Positions 1-10,919 are shown, counted from the stretch's first letter. The stretch is DNA of 64,000 nucleotides from an uncultured Saprospirales bacterium (GCA_913050195.1 CAJXBJ010000001.1:2916-66915); one strand, 5' to 3'. Numbers and translations: made by a program. The notes: generated by a model not told the origin, from the letters alone.

Positions 1-1
1 T

Positions 2-1141
2 CGAACGGATAACCAAAATTTAAATAACCCTACGCAGGATGCAATAAGCCAGCTTGTATATAATGAGTATCAATTTCAAAAAGCATGGGAAATTATTGAA
101 GATGCTAGAATCAGCTTCACTTCTGGTGCAGTAAATACTTATTCAGTTATAACAAGTGCGTTATATGGTAATCATACTGGTAAATCTAATGCCTTTTATG
201 CACAAATCGATAATAAGATTAATAAGGTGAACTTTTCTTTTGGAGCTAGAATAGAAGGACACACAACAGACTCACTTAAGAGAGAATGGAATCCAGTATT
301 TAGGTCAGGTTTAAACGTTCAAGTAGGTGAAGCTACGTTTTTACGGAGCTCAATAGGACAAGGGTTTAGATACCCATCTGTTGCTGAACGTTATGTTCAA
401 ACTCAACTATCAGGAACAATGATAATGCCAAATCCTAATTTAAAATCAGAGCGTGGATGGTCCAGTGAGGTAGGCATTAAGCAAGGCTATCAGATTGGGG
501 AAATGATGGGTTATTTTGATATTGCTGCCTATATCTCACAGTATCAAGAAATGATTGAGTTCACTTTCATCCCTGCATTTCCACCGTCCTTTATGGCAAC
601 TAATGCTGAAAACTCTAGAGTATGGGGTACTGAAATAACTGCCACTGGCAGGACAAAGTTCAATAAGTTGGGCCTAGATTATATGATTGGTTATAATCTT
701 ATCAACCCTTTAAATCTAAACTATGATCCAGCAATTGATACTATCCTTCCTTATGATGATATATTTGTTGTAAATAATGATACTGTCGTATTAAGAAATC
801 CAAAGTATCTTAAATACAGAAATAAGCATACCGCTAAAGCAAATGTTCGTTTAAGTTATGGAAAGTTCAACTTAGGGTTTCAATTAAGATATAGATCCTT
901 CATGGAGAATTATGATTTATACTTAATGGGAGTTATAGTTGGAGCTAAAGAGTACCGTGCTAATAATCTTTATGAGAGCAGTGGAATCATTGAGTTTGAT
1001 GCCAATCTCACATATTCTATCACAGATAAAATTCAAATTGGGTTTTTTGGTAAAAACTTGACGAATAAAGAATTTTCTCAATTTTTAGGAAATATGGCAG
1101 CTCCGAGAAACTTCACTTTTAACATTAAGGCAGAGTTTTAG
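2..1141 (+). CDS. TonB-dependent receptor, C-terminal portion (5' end lies outside the window)
   Basis: Frame 2 has no stop from nt 2 to the TAG at 1139-1141, so the ORF-track GTG at 227 is probably not the true start. The sequence has beta-barrel-like alternating character and ends in an aromatic residue (NFTFNIKAEF), as in TonB-dependent outer-membrane receptors. Confidence 0.8.
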   Translation, partial: RTDNQNLNNPTQDAISQLVYNEYQFQKAWEIIEDARISFTSGAVNTYSVITSALYGNHTGKSNAFYAQIDNKINKVNFSFGARIEGHTTDSLKREWNPVFRSGLNVQVGEATFLRSSIGQGFRYPSVAERYVQTQLSGTMIMPNPNLKSERGWSSEVGIKQGYQIGEMMGYFDIAAYISQYQEMIEFTFIPAFPPSFMATNAENSRVWGTEITATGRTKFNKLGLDYMIGYNLINPLNLNYDPAIDTILPYDDIFVVNNDTVVLRNPKYLKYRNKHTAKANVRLSYGKFNLGFQLRYRSFMENYDLYLMGVIVGAKEYRANNLYESSGIIEFDANLTYSITDKIQIGFFGKNLTNKEFSQFLGNMAAPRNFTFNIKAEF

Positions 1142-1143
1142 TT

Positions 1144-2055
1144 TTAGTAGCTGTAATCATTTAAAATTGCCCATGCCAATCCCTCTTTAAGAGCAGTTTG
1201 AGCTAGGGCAATTTTTTTTATACCTAAACGATTCAATACTGTACGTATTTCTATACCAGCAACTGGCATTAAAGGTGCCCTGAATTCAGTCATCCCAGGC
1301 AATGTTAAGCGCTGACAATTATTCATTTCTGTTAAGCGCTTTACAAGCTCTAAAATTTTTGACTTTTCTAGATTTTTTAAAGACCAAAAGTCACCCTTAT
1401 CTAAACATATTAAATCAGAAAGCGTATCAAATGCCCCTGACGTCCCAACTAACATTTTAGGCTTTAGAATTTCAGCCTTAACCGCTAATGTTTCTAGAAA
1501 GCTATCCACATAAGCATCGAGAGCTATTATTTCATTTTCTTGCATTGGATCCTCAATATGAAATTTATTTTTCAACACAGTAGAGCCTAGAGGATAAGAT
1601 GCTTTCCATTTTACTCCATCTGAATCAGCTAGAATAAACTCTGTACTACCTCCGCCAATATCCATAATTAACACACATTCATTTATTCTAAGAAGCCTAA
1701 TTACACCAAGAGCTATTAATTCCGCTTCTAAGTCACCCGTAATGACCTGAATATTAATTTTAAAGCGCGACTTTACTTCACAAATAAAGGCCTCCCTATC
1801 TCCGGCTTTACGCAAGCTTTCTGTAGCTACAGCCTTTACGGATTTCACATCATATTTCTCTATAGTATGCTGAAAGCGTGTAAAAGCATCCATCGCCCTT
1901 AAATATGCTTCAGGCTTTATTTTTCCATAAGGAAATGAATCCTCTCCAAGTTTTACAGGAATGGTTTCCTTATATAAAAGCTCTATACTATTTCCTCTTT
2001 TGCAAGCAATAATCAGATGAAAGGTATTCGTGCCAATATCAATAACTGCAATCAT
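1144..2055 (-). CDS. ppx: Ppx/GppA-family exopolyphosphatase (ASKHA fold)
   Basis: The N-terminus MIAVIDIGTNTFHLII is the Ppx/GppA phosphate-1 motif. IMDIGGGSTEF and VGTSGAF are the further ASKHA motifs. The ~300 aa length fits the short Ppx form. Confidence 0.85.
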   Translation of the reverse strand: MIAVIDIGTNTFHLIIACKRGNSIELLYKETIPVKLGEDSFPYGKIKPEAYLRAMDAFTRFQHTIEKYDVKSVKAVATESLRKAGDREAFICEVKSRFKINIQVITGDLEAELIALGVIRLLRINECVLIMDIGGGSTEFILADSDGVKWKASYPLGSTVLKNKFHIEDPMQENEIIALDAYVDSFLETLAVKAEILKPKMLVGTSGAFDTLSDLICLDKGDFWSLKNLEKSKILELVKRLTEMNNCQRLTLPGMTEFRAPLMPVAGIEIRTVLNRLGIKKIALAQTALKEGLAWAILNDYSY

Positions 2056-2060
2056 TTATA

Positions 2061-3332
2061 CTAGGAAAAAAGAATTTGAAAAAAACGGCCTAATGTAACT
2101 TTTTGGCCATATAGCAATATACTCATTCGATACAACTTTGCACTCAGCTTTACCATTAAAATAACACCAAAAATCAATACTAAAAAGGATAGTAAAATTT
2201 GCCAAACTGGAACAAAGGGCCATATAGACAAAATCACAAATGGCGAAAAAAATGGAACCATACTACTCCAAAATGCCATTGTACTATTAGGATCTTCTGC
2301 AGCAGAAAAGCTTATCATATAGCCCAAAAATATAGGAACCATAATAATCATCATCATAGATTGCATTTCTGAATCATCATTCATCATAGCTCCGATAGCT
2401 GCATATATTGAAGAGTACAAGAAGTATCCAGCTAAAAAGAAGCTAAAGAAAACCATCAAAAAAGTACCCCATTCTATCTCCATCAATTCTTTCATGAGCT
2501 TTATACTAATTTGCAATTGCTCCGGCGTTTGGCCCATATTAGATGTTGACATAGGTTCTATAGCGCTTAAACCTATAACTGGCATTAAGAATAAATTAAT
2601 AATAAAAATTCCTAACACCCATACAATGAATTGAGTAAAACCAACTAAACTAATACCCAATATTTTACCCATCATTAAATCAAAAGGCTTCATACTGACT
2701 AATAAGACTTCTACTATACGATTCTTTTTTTCTTCCTGAACACCTTTCAATACCATGCTACCATATAATGTCATAAGCAGCATCATAAAAACAACTCCAA
2801 ACAGTGAAAACATTGTCATAAACTCTGCACTTGCCTCTGATTTTTTTGAAGATATTAATTCCTTTAACTGCAACTTTTCACGCACACCTTCATATAGTCC
2901 CCGATCTAAATCTATAGATGCTAAACGCAACTTCTCTAGTCGTTTTTGAAGAATTTTTTTTATTGATACCACATTCGACCTACCCAAAGATTCTTTAGAG
3001 TGAAGCTCTATTCGAAAGTCATTTAATGTATTCTGATTTGGAATTATAATTAAGGCATCTGAATTAAAGTCGCCGTAGTTATCTTCATTTATTTCGCTTT
3101 CTTGATATACAAAATATAAATTCCCTGAATCTGGATCTTTTAGTCGCTCAAAACCTCCGTTAATGTCTTTAATACTAACAATACGTTCTTTACCTCCAAA
3201 TGAAGTCAACAGTATTGGAAGTAGTATCAAAAGAACATAAGCAAGGGGGCCTAATAAGGTCAAAATCCAAAAGGTCCTATTCCGAACCTTTTCCAAATAT
3301 TCTCTTTGAATGACAAACCAAATATTTTTCAT
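2061..3332 (-). CDS. ABC-2 type transporter permease (NatB-like)
   Basis: It has one N-terminal TM helix, a long extracytoplasmic loop and a C-terminal bundle of hydrophobic helices. The start overlaps the upstream ATPase stop by 4 nt (ATGA). Confidence 0.8.
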   Translation of the reverse strand: MKNIWFVIQREYLEKVRNRTFWILTLLGPLAYVLLILLPILLTSFGGKERIVSIKDINGGFERLKDPDSGNLYFVYQESEINEDNYGDFNSDALIIIPNQNTLNDFRIELHSKESLGRSNVVSIKKILQKRLEKLRLASIDLDRGLYEGVREKLQLKELISSKKSEASAEFMTMFSLFGVVFMMLLMTLYGSMVLKGVQEEKKNRIVEVLLVSMKPFDLMMGKILGISLVGFTQFIVWVLGIFIINLFLMPVIGLSAIEPMSTSNMGQTPEQLQISIKLMKELMEIEWGTFLMVFFSFFLAGYFLYSSIYAAIGAMMNDDSEMQSMMMIIMVPIFLGYMISFSAAEDPNSTMAFWSSMVPFFSPFVILSIWPFVPVWQILLSFLVLIFGVILMVKLSAKLYRMSILLYGQKVTLGRFFQILFS

Positions 3333-4207
3333 ACTACTTCAATGAATATATCGTTTAGACTAGGCAAAATTTCTTCAAAATGCTGTATGCCACATCCTAA
3401 TGCTAATGCATGTTTTAAAATATCATTAATCTCATTAGGCTTACTTAATTTAAATATGTAAGATCCTGATGATTGCTTTAAACATTCAAAAGGCCAAGCA
3501 GAAACATCAATCTCTTTTTCTAAATTAAGCTTAAAGTGATTTTTTTTAAACTTATGCTTCAAACCTTCGACATCACCCTCTAGTTTGATTTCTCCATCAT
3601 TTATTATAACAATATCCGAACATAGAGCCTCCACTTGTTCCATACGATGTGTAGAAAATATAATAGTACAACCCTCGCTATTAAGCTTTAATATTTCTTT
3701 CTTTAGCAATTCCGTGTTTACAGGGTCTAATCCTGTAAATGGCTCATCTAAAATTAATAATTTGGGATTATTTATAACCGTTGAAATAAATTGAATTTTT
3801 TGCTGCATTCCTTTTGACAACTGGTCTACTTTTTTATCCCACCACCCTTCAATATCTAAACGTCTTAACCAATCTTTAGCTTGAACCTTCGCAGCATCCT
3901 TACTCATGCCTTTAATTCGAGCTAGGAACAATAGCTGATCACCAACCTTCATTTTCGGATATAAGCCCCGATCTTCTGGCATATAACCAATCTTTTGAAC
4001 AATTTTAGTATTAACTTTTTGACCATCTAGAAATATATTGCCTTCGTCTTGGTCTATGATTTGATTAATTAATCGAATCAAAGTTGTTTTACCAGCTCCG
4101 TTAGATCCTAATAATCCAAAAACACTTTGAGCCGGAACTTTTAAATTAATTCCCTTTAAAGCCTGAAAATCTTGATACGACTTTGATATATTCTGTACTT
4201 CTAGCAT
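3329..4207 (-). CDS. ABC transporter ATP-binding protein (NatA-like)
   Basis: Walker A GSNGAGKTT, ABC signature LSKGMQQK, Walker B LLILDEP and an H-loop STHRM are all present. A C-terminal extension typical of ABC-2 exporter ATPases follows. Confidence 0.9.
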   Translation of the reverse strand: MLEVQNISKSYQDFQALKGINLKVPAQSVFGLLGSNGAGKTTLIRLINQIIDQDEGNIFLDGQKVNTKIVQKIGYMPEDRGLYPKMKVGDQLLFLARIKGMSKDAAKVQAKDWLRRLDIEGWWDKKVDQLSKGMQQKIQFISTVINNPKLLILDEPFTGLDPVNTELLKKEILKLNSEGCTIIFSTHRMEQVEALCSDIVIINDGEIKLEGDVEGLKHKFKKNHFKLNLEKEIDVSAWPFECLKQSSGSYIFKLSKPNEINDILKHALALGCGIQHFEEILPSLNDIFIEVV

Positions 4208-4210
4208 TTT

Positions 4211-6364
4211 TTACAAGCCTAGAATTTCTTTGGCCTTAGCTAAGCTAATACGCTTATCATCTTGAAAAGCAACAATAAAGGCATCTGACAATAAGCTTTC
4301 TTTTACTTCCTTACATGCGGCTTGAGCTTCTGAAAAACTATACCATTTTCCAAAATAGTATTTATAAAACTTCCCTACACGTTCTTCCGTAACCGCTACT
4401 AAACGGACTTCTTTCTTAAAATAATCCTTTCTATCCTTGCTGAAAACGCCTAACTGTACTTTATAAAAAACATTTTTCTCCTTGGCCTTTGATTTTAAAG
4501 AGATTTCAGAGTCCGTATCTTTTTTTACATCTTTTTTATCTTTTTCTGCTATAGGTGTTATTTCTGTGCCTCTAGGTTTTTTAACCTCTTCATCCGCAAG
4601 ATCAACCAAAGTAATTGAAGAAGAGTTCTCTTCCTTATTATACTTTATATCTTTATTTGAGACTTTTTCAGATGGGTTTATCGTCTCGTTTAATTTAACC
4701 TCATTTATTAGAGTATCTTTTTTAACTATTAACATTCCAACCGGAATTTCTGTTAAGAATTCTTCTTCATTCAAAATAAAATAAAAGCTCATACTATCCT
4801 GCATAGATGTAAGTGACTTAAACTTTGGCTGTATCTGAAACTCAAAGGGTTTTTCATACCCCCCTACCTCAACACTTACTTTATACTTAGCGTCAATATC
4901 CAAAATAAATGTCGGACTAGTACTGTCGCTAACTTCTCCAACAGTATTAAATGTATCATCACATAAATAAAGCTTGTAGGACGCTATTTCCCAATTATAC
5001 TCGTCAATAACATCTTCAAACTTATCATTTAAGTTAAGCTTTACATACGATGTCCGTTGGCTAAAGTCTACTTCATAAATATTATCAAAGCTCGTATCAT
5101 ACATCTTATCCGTTCGGTTAGAACTAAATAATGCTTTATGCTCAGAAATAACATTATATGAAAAGTCATCAAAAGAAGTATTTATTGGATATCCCAGATT
5201 TTTTATTTTTGACCAATCTGCTCCTGGTCTACCTTGTATTTTATAGTTATCATATCCTCCTAGACCTGCTAAACCTTCAGATGAAAAATACAAACTATTT
5301 CTATCCCCATCATAAAACGGATATCGCTCATCAAACATGCTATTCATGTTTTCCGGCAGGTCTATCTCTGATCCTTTTTTTGAACCATTAAGCACACAGG
5401 CTGCTATATCATACCCTCCTTTATTTCCATTATTTTTATATGCATAATATAAGTGTACCTCTTTCCATTCTTTAACCAACTGGGGATCTTTATATTGAGT
5501 GTTTTTGTCATCTAGACCTTCAATTTTGACCCAATCTGACCATACTCCATCTTCATAATAGGTCTCATAAAAAACCTCCCAACCCTTAACTTTGAAGCCT
5601 GCAATAACTCTATTATCAAGCCTTGTTGGAAAAGAGGACAGTTCACCAGGAAACTCTAAATTCAAATCAATATAAGCTAACTCTTCCTCATCCAAAGAGT
5701 CTATTTTACTTTTAATAACACTTTCATAACGCAAGCTATCCATAGCTATTGGATCAATGAGCTTAGTTTTTGGTCTTTTATGATTAGGATCAACTTTGTC
5801 TAGGCTTATCTCTTTAAGATATAGACTTGCTCCCATTAATTTAAAGTCGCTAAAACCCATGTTTTTTTCTAACTTATTCCATCGCATAACTCGTGCACTT
5901 ACAGGGGAAGACTTTAGCAACATTGCTTTATTACAGTTTTGCAATTCTAAATCAGTACGCGCTCTATAACTGTCATTAAAGGGATAGCTCATTTCAAAGT
6001 CTTGAAATGCCCGCTTGGCTTCGACATAGCGACCCTTATTTTGCAACATTTTACCAATCCAAAAAAGACTCAAAGGATAAGGAACATCTGTGGTTAATGT
6101 GAGATTTAAATACCATTCTTCTGCCTGTGGGTATTTACGTAAGGTTCTGTAAGTCTCTGCAATACGTAAAATAACATCAGTGTCCTTAATATCATATATA
6201 TGCGCCTGCTGGTAATAAGCTAAAGCCATATCCCAGTGGTTCAAATTAGCATAGTAATCCCCTACTTTGAGACATTCTTGAATTTTCTTTTTTATTTTCT
6301 TGTCTTGAGCATCTACTGTGCCACAAATCATTAAAAGAAATAAGCTTATAAAAAGATGTTTCAT
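4211..6364 (-). CDS. Secreted TPR / PD40 (TolB-like) beta-propeller / C-terminal SPOR-domain protein, paralog 1
   Basis: Signal peptide MKHLFISLFLLMICGTVDAQ. N-terminal TPR-like helices. PD40-type segments (NSLYFSSEGLAGLGGYDNYK, ALFSSNRTDK). Lys/Glu-rich linker. The C-terminus YKVQLGVFSKDR...SDAFIVAF matches the SPOR pattern. Confidence 0.7.
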   Translation of the reverse strand: MKHLFISLFLLMICGTVDAQDKKIKKKIQECLKVGDYYANLNHWDMALAYYQQAHIYDIKDTDVILRIAETYRTLRKYPQAEEWYLNLTLTTDVPYPLSLFWIGKMLQNKGRYVEAKRAFQDFEMSYPFNDSYRARTDLELQNCNKAMLLKSSPVSARVMRWNKLEKNMGFSDFKLMGASLYLKEISLDKVDPNHKRPKTKLIDPIAMDSLRYESVIKSKIDSLDEEELAYIDLNLEFPGELSSFPTRLDNRVIAGFKVKGWEVFYETYYEDGVWSDWVKIEGLDDKNTQYKDPQLVKEWKEVHLYYAYKNNGNKGGYDIAACVLNGSKKGSEIDLPENMNSMFDERYPFYDGDRNSLYFSSEGLAGLGGYDNYKIQGRPGADWSKIKNLGYPINTSFDDFSYNVISEHKALFSSNRTDKMYDTSFDNIYEVDFSQRTSYVKLNLNDKFEDVIDEYNWEIASYKLYLCDDTFNTVGEVSDSTSPTFILDIDAKYKVSVEVGGYEKPFEFQIQPKFKSLTSMQDSMSFYFILNEEEFLTEIPVGMLIVKKDTLINEVKLNETINPSEKVSNKDIKYNKEENSSSITLVDLADEEVKKPRGTEITPIAEKDKKDVKKDTDSEISLKSKAKEKNVFYKVQLGVFSKDRKDYFKKEVRLVAVTEERVGKFYKYYFGKWYSFSEAQAACKEVKESLLSDAFIVAFQDDKRISLAKAKEILGL

Positions 6365-6378
6365 CTATACACTTTATT

Positions 6379-8547
6379 TTAGTTTGGAATCAATAACTCC
6401 AAAGAACGTTTTACAGTAATTCTCTTGTTTTTATAATAAGGGACAACAAAGGCATCAGATACCCCTTGATTAATCAAGTCTTGTCTAACATTATCAATTT
6501 CATAAGGGGTTGGCGCATTATATACCAAGTACTTATAAAGACCCTGAATATATTGTTCCAATATGCGATATCCCAAATTTAAATTTTCAAAATAGTTGAG
6601 TTTTCGTGTTCTAAATGCACCTATTTGAACCCTATATACTAATCCTTCTTTTTGCAAGTTACCGCAGTCCTCTAAAAGTCTTTCATATGCCTTTTCATCC
6701 TCATTAAGTTTATGCCTTAAATAAACATCATGAATAATACGTTGATTTGGCACCTTATCCATAGTAGAAACACGAAACTTATGCTCTTCATAATTCTCCT
6801 TTTGAATCATAAAAATAATTTCCTGCTGCCCCTTAATTAAATATTGTTTACCTGGGCCATTTTTCTGAATACTTTCATCATTTTGTGACTTTGTAAAAAT
6901 GACCACACCTCCACTCATTGGACGTTTGGTCAGCTTGTCAAACATTCTAATTTTAAGATAAAAGTTAGCATTTACATCTATACTATCTTCTTGAGAATCC
7001 ATTAAAAAATCTTGCAATTGATCACTAGCACTTTTATCACCTAAGTCTTCAGACGGAATAAATAACTCTTCTTCCGTTGTAGACTCTTTTACTAATTCTG
7101 ATGCATCCAAAACCTGTTTAGTTGGTTCAGAATCAGACTGTACAACTGCTTTTATCTCATCATTAACAATACTTACTTCTGATTCCTCTTCCTTTATTTT
7201 TTCTAAAGGACCTGATTCGCTAGACTTTATATTTACATTTTCAAAGCCAACAATAGCATTTGTCAAATGCTCTAAGCCCAAATTTCTATTTGTATTAATA
7301 ATTGGCTTAGTACTATCTTCTCCTATAAAACATGACCATTCATCTGCAAGTGAATTATATGGTATCTCAAGACCCTTCAAAGCTGAAAAGCCATCGAGTA
7401 AATCACCATAAGCTTTATAAATATCTAATGCTCCAAAGCCCTTTTTACCATTACTTGCAAAATATAATGTTCGATTTTCTTCTTTAACAAATGGCGATAT
7501 GTCATGACCACTAGAATTCACCTCTGAACCTAAATTATAGCTAATAGAAGCCTCAAACTCAGCATTTATACTGGAATAGTAAAGATCATAACCTCCATAA
7601 CCATCATCTCTATCACAAGCATAAAACAACGCTTTTTCACCATTTACACCTTCATACAAAAACGGAAAACGAACGTTTGATTTTCCATCATTTATAACTT
7701 TACTAAATTTGGTCAACTTTGACCACCGCCCTTTAGCATCTCTAAAAGAATAAAACATACTATATTGCCTACCCTTATCAATATCCATTTGATATAAGGT
7801 TACATAAACCTCATTGCCCTTATCATTAAATGCTGGCAAACCACAATAAAACCAATCAGATAAAGGTTCTGGTAAATCAATATAATTTTGACCATTCAAT
7901 AATAATATTTTTGGCTGTGATATAGAGTCCATTATAGCCTGTACTTTATCCGACTTTAGTTTCTTAGACAAGCCGATATCCCATGGCTTATACACTTTTT
8001 CATAAATGACTAGTGCCTTTTCACCCTTAAAATTAATTATACCTGAATATTGCTTTTTTTTATCATCAACATACAAGGTATTAGGCCTTAATGCATTTAC
8101 ATCTATTTGCTCAAACCCTTCCTTTACATCCTTATATTCTTCTGGAATTTCTTCTTGAGAAAGCAACAAGCTTAACGATTCCTTTTCTTGTTCCATCAAA
8201 AGAATCCTCGCATACTCCCATTTGGCATTTGGAAAATCAGAATTGGCTAACTTATATAGTTTAAAATACCATTTTTTGGCCTTTTCAAATTGACCATTAG
8301 ACTTATACGCTTCTGCTAGATAATATTTAGCTGCCAGATTTTTAGGCTCCTCTATAACAGCTTGAGACAAAAAACAAAGTGCTAGTTGGGCATGCACTTT
8401 ATTTTTTAAAAGCTTCACTCCTAGCTGAAAATAGGGCGATTCCTTTGGCTTGTCTTTAGATTCTTTAGCAGATATTAGTGGAGGTACGGCTGCTATCCAA
8501 AATAAGATAATGAGGATAGCTATATTTGAGGCCTTTCCGAAACGCAT
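6379..8547 (-). CDS. Secreted TPR / PD40 (TolB-like) beta-propeller / C-terminal SPOR-domain protein, paralog 2
   Basis: Same architecture as the downstream gene: N-terminal hydrophobic anchor/signal, TPR helices, PD40-type segments (GGYDLYYSS, RTLYFASNGKKGFGALDIYKA), an acidic linker and a C-terminal SPOR-like YRVQIGAFRTRK...SDAFVVPY. Confidence 0.7.
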   Translation of the reverse strand: MRFGKASNIAILIILFWIAAVPPLISAKESKDKPKESPYFQLGVKLLKNKVHAQLALCFLSQAVIEEPKNLAAKYYLAEAYKSNGQFEKAKKWYFKLYKLANSDFPNAKWEYARILLMEQEKESLSLLLSQEEIPEEYKDVKEGFEQIDVNALRPNTLYVDDKKKQYSGIINFKGEKALVIYEKVYKPWDIGLSKKLKSDKVQAIMDSISQPKILLLNGQNYIDLPEPLSDWFYCGLPAFNDKGNEVYVTLYQMDIDKGRQYSMFYSFRDAKGRWSKLTKFSKVINDGKSNVRFPFLYEGVNGEKALFYACDRDDGYGGYDLYYSSINAEFEASISYNLGSEVNSSGHDISPFVKEENRTLYFASNGKKGFGALDIYKAYGDLLDGFSALKGLEIPYNSLADEWSCFIGEDSTKPIINTNRNLGLEHLTNAIVGFENVNIKSSESGPLEKIKEEESEVSIVNDEIKAVVQSDSEPTKQVLDASELVKESTTEEELFIPSEDLGDKSASDQLQDFLMDSQEDSIDVNANFYLKIRMFDKLTKRPMSGGVVIFTKSQNDESIQKNGPGKQYLIKGQQEIIFMIQKENYEEHKFRVSTMDKVPNQRIIHDVYLRHKLNEDEKAYERLLEDCGNLQKEGLVYRVQIGAFRTRKLNYFENLNLGYRILEQYIQGLYKYLVYNAPTPYEIDNVRQDLINQGVSDAFVVPYYKNKRITVKRSLELLIPN

Positions 8548-8571
8548 TAGAAGAGTGAAAAATATGGAATT

Positions 8572-9732
8572 TTATCCAAAATATTCATTCATCTTCTGAA
8601 AAAAGCTTTTTCCTTTCTTTTCAGATTTTGGTTTAAAGTTATCAGAAGACTTTAGTTTTTCAAGCCATTTTTTTTCTTCCTTTGTTAGATCTTGAGGTGT
8701 CCAAACTTTTACATGAATCAATTGATCTCCTTGATATGTGCTCTCTAAACTTGGCATTCCTTTGCCCTTTAATCTAAATATCTTACCTGATTGTGTACCT
8801 TTCGGTATATTTATTTTTGCCTTTCCCGTAAGTGTAGGCACTTCAATTGACGTACCTAAAACAGCATCCGCAAAATTTAAATTCAGCTCGTAGAAAACAT
8901 TTAAACCATCACGTTCAATATAATCATGCTCTATTTCTTCAATGGCAATAAGTAGATCACCAGCAGGGCCACCTTTTTCGCCAGCATGACCTTTAGAGGT
9001 CATAGACAATTGCATTCCTTCACTTACTCCAGGAGGGATTTGAATTGAAATCGTTTCTTCGCCATCTACTCTACCAGATCCACCACAGGTCGAACAATTA
9101 TCTACAATTAATTTACCACTTCCTTGACAATAATGACATTCCTGCACAGTCTGCATATGTCCCAAAAATGTACTCTGGACCTTACGTACTCGACCTTGCC
9201 CATTACATTGATGACAGGTTTTAACTGAAGCGCTGTTTTTGGCACCACTTCCATTACAGTCCTTACAAGTTAATTTCTTTTTTAACTTAACCTTTTTTTC
9301 AATGCCTTGATGAATCTCTTCAAGAGTCATTTTCAACTTGATTCGCACATTAGCTCCTGGACGTCCCATACTACGTCTCCGTGATTGACGCTGGCCACCA
9401 CCAAAGAAGCTATCAAATCCCCCAAAACCACTACCTTCAAAAATATCTCCAAATTGAGAGAAAATATCATCCATTGACATTCCACCTCCATGAAATCCAC
9501 CACCTGCACCCATTCCAGCATGACCAAATTGATCATAACGCGCTTTTTTCTGAGCATCACTCAAAACCTCATATGCCTCCGCAGCCTCTTTGAACTTCTC
9601 TTCAGCCTCTTTATTATCCGGATTTCGATCAGGGTGATATTTTAAGGCAAGCTTTCTATAAGCTTTTTTAATTTCAGTAGCTGTCGCACCCTTACTAACT
9701 CCTAGTACTTCATAATAGTCTTGCTTACTCAT
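8572..9732 (-). CDS. dnaJ: Molecular chaperone DnaJ
   Basis: J domain with HPD (KYHPDRNP), a Gly/Phe-rich region and four CxxCxGxG zinc-finger repeats ([32 protein letters not shown]). Confidence 0.97.
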   Translation of the reverse strand: MSKQDYYEVLGVSKGATATEIKKAYRKLALKYHPDRNPDNKEAEEKFKEAAEAYEVLSDAQKKARYDQFGHAGMGAGGGFHGGGMSMDDIFSQFGDIFEGSGFGGFDSFFGGGQRQSRRRSMGRPGANVRIKLKMTLEEIHQGIEKKVKLKKKLTCKDCNGSGAKNSASVKTCHQCNGQGRVRKVQSTFLGHMQTVQECHYCQGSGKLIVDNCSTCGGSGRVDGEETISIQIPPGVSEGMQLSMTSKGHAGEKGGPAGDLLIAIEEIEHDYIERDGLNVFYELNLNFADAVLGTSIEVPTLTGKAKINIPKGTQSGKIFRLKGKGMPSLESTYQGDQLIHVKVWTPQDLTKEEKKWLEKLKSSDNFKPKSEKKGKSFFQKMNEYFG

Positions 9733-9741
9733 AACTTTCTT

Positions 9742-10305
9742 TTATTCTCCAACAACAACCTTGGCATGTCGAATGATAACTTCATTTAGATAATAGCCTT
9801 TTTCAATCTCATCAATGACTTTGCCTGCCTGATCCTTATCATTTGAAGGCACTTTACATAAGGCTTCATGTAAGTCTGCATCAAAAGCCTCACCAATGGC
9901 TGGCATAGCCTTTAACCCTTGATTTTGTAATATATCTCTAAACTTCTTAAATATAAGTTCTACCCCTTCTAAACTTCCCTCTTCTGAACCAGACTCTTCC
10001 TTAGCTTTTTTTGCTCTATCTATGTCATCAAGAACTCCAATTAAAGGAAGCACTAACTCTTTAGTAGCTGTTTTCGTTATCTCTTGCCTTTGTTTAATAG
10101 CATTGCGTTTAAAGTTTTCAAAATCTGCCATTAAGCGCAAATATTTATCACTACTTTCCTCTAAAGCTATTTTTGCTTCATCTAGCTCTGATTGAAGTTT
10201 TTTGGTTTTATCACTTCCTCCGCGCTTACCTCTTTTCGAGCTTGATTTTTTAGCCTTTTCTTGTTCTTCCTGAACCTCTTTTTCTAACTTTTCAGTTTTT
10301 GTCAT
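9742..10305 (-). CDS. grpE: Nucleotide exchange factor GrpE
   Basis: Charged N-terminus, then the coiled-coil motif YLRLMADFENFKRN, then a C-terminal beta domain (VIDEIEKGYYLNEVIIRHAKVVV). It lies 9 nt upstream of dnaJ. Confidence 0.93.
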   Translation of the reverse strand: MTKTEKLEKEVQEEQEKAKKSSSKRGKRGGSDKTKKLQSELDEAKIALEESSDKYLRLMADFENFKRNAIKQRQEITKTATKELVLPLIGVLDDIDRAKKAKEESGSEEGSLEGVELIFKKFRDILQNQGLKAMPAIGEAFDADLHEALCKVPSNDKDQAGKVIDEIEKGYYLNEVIIRHAKVVVGE

Positions 10306-10370
10306 TATTTAATGATTTTACGTTAAAAGGTGGTCAAAATGCTTGCCACTGCAAAAATAAAGACATTTTG

Positions 10371-10919
10371 TCACTTCCAAAGGGAAATAGCATGTCTTAA
10401 TGCATTCGTATTCGTTGTTTTAGCCAATATTACTCGATTTGTATCCAAAAGGTAAACACAAGGAAGTTCACGAATACCATAAAACCCCATATCCAAAGAG
10501 TCAGGCAGCAAATGACTTTCCCAATACAAGGAGTCTTTTTTAATAGCCGCTTTAGCCAATTCTTGATTAAAATCCATATTTACACTTAAAACTGTAAAAG
10601 GCAAAGAATCTTTTAAAACAGATCCAACTTCCTCACTTAAGGCAACAAGCTCCACATTATAAGACCTACATGAAGGATTAACTGAAGACCAAAAACTTAA
10701 CATTATTATGTGACCATTATAATTTGAAAGCTTACTTTCAAAACTATTCAAATCTCGCCCAATTATCTCTGGAAAAACTTCTCCTTTTACCCGCTTTATA
10801 AAATTAGCTCCACTGCGCATTTCACAGTATTTAAGAGAAAGTAAAGTCCCTATTAAAAAGCCTATACCATATATAGACAATCGATATAAAAAAGGATTTC
10901 TCCCTCGATCAAATATCAT
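10371..10919 (-). CDS. Membrane-anchored thioredoxin-fold protein, TlpA-like with a degenerate single-Cys site
   Basis: N-terminal TM helix. The redoxin-like core MLSFWSSVNPSCRSY aligns with the upstream paralog's FWASWCRPCR, but the first Cys is replaced (N..C). The start overlaps the upstream stop (ATGA). Confidence 0.6.
   Translation of the reverse strand: MIFDRGRNPFLYRLSIYGIGFLIGTLLSLKYCEMRSGANFIKRVKGEVFPEIIGRDLNSFESKLSNYNGHIIMLSFWSSVNPSCRSYNVELVALSEEVGSVLKDSLPFTVLSVNMDFNQELAKAAIKKDSLYWESHLLPDSLDMGFYGIRELPCVYLLDTNRVILAKTTNTNALRHAISLWK

Noticed and set aside
10306-10370. Looked for a CIRCE (TTAGCACTC-N9-GAGTGCTAA) heat-shock operator upstream of grpE-dnaJ
   Set aside because: No matching inverted repeat is present in the 65-nt gap.
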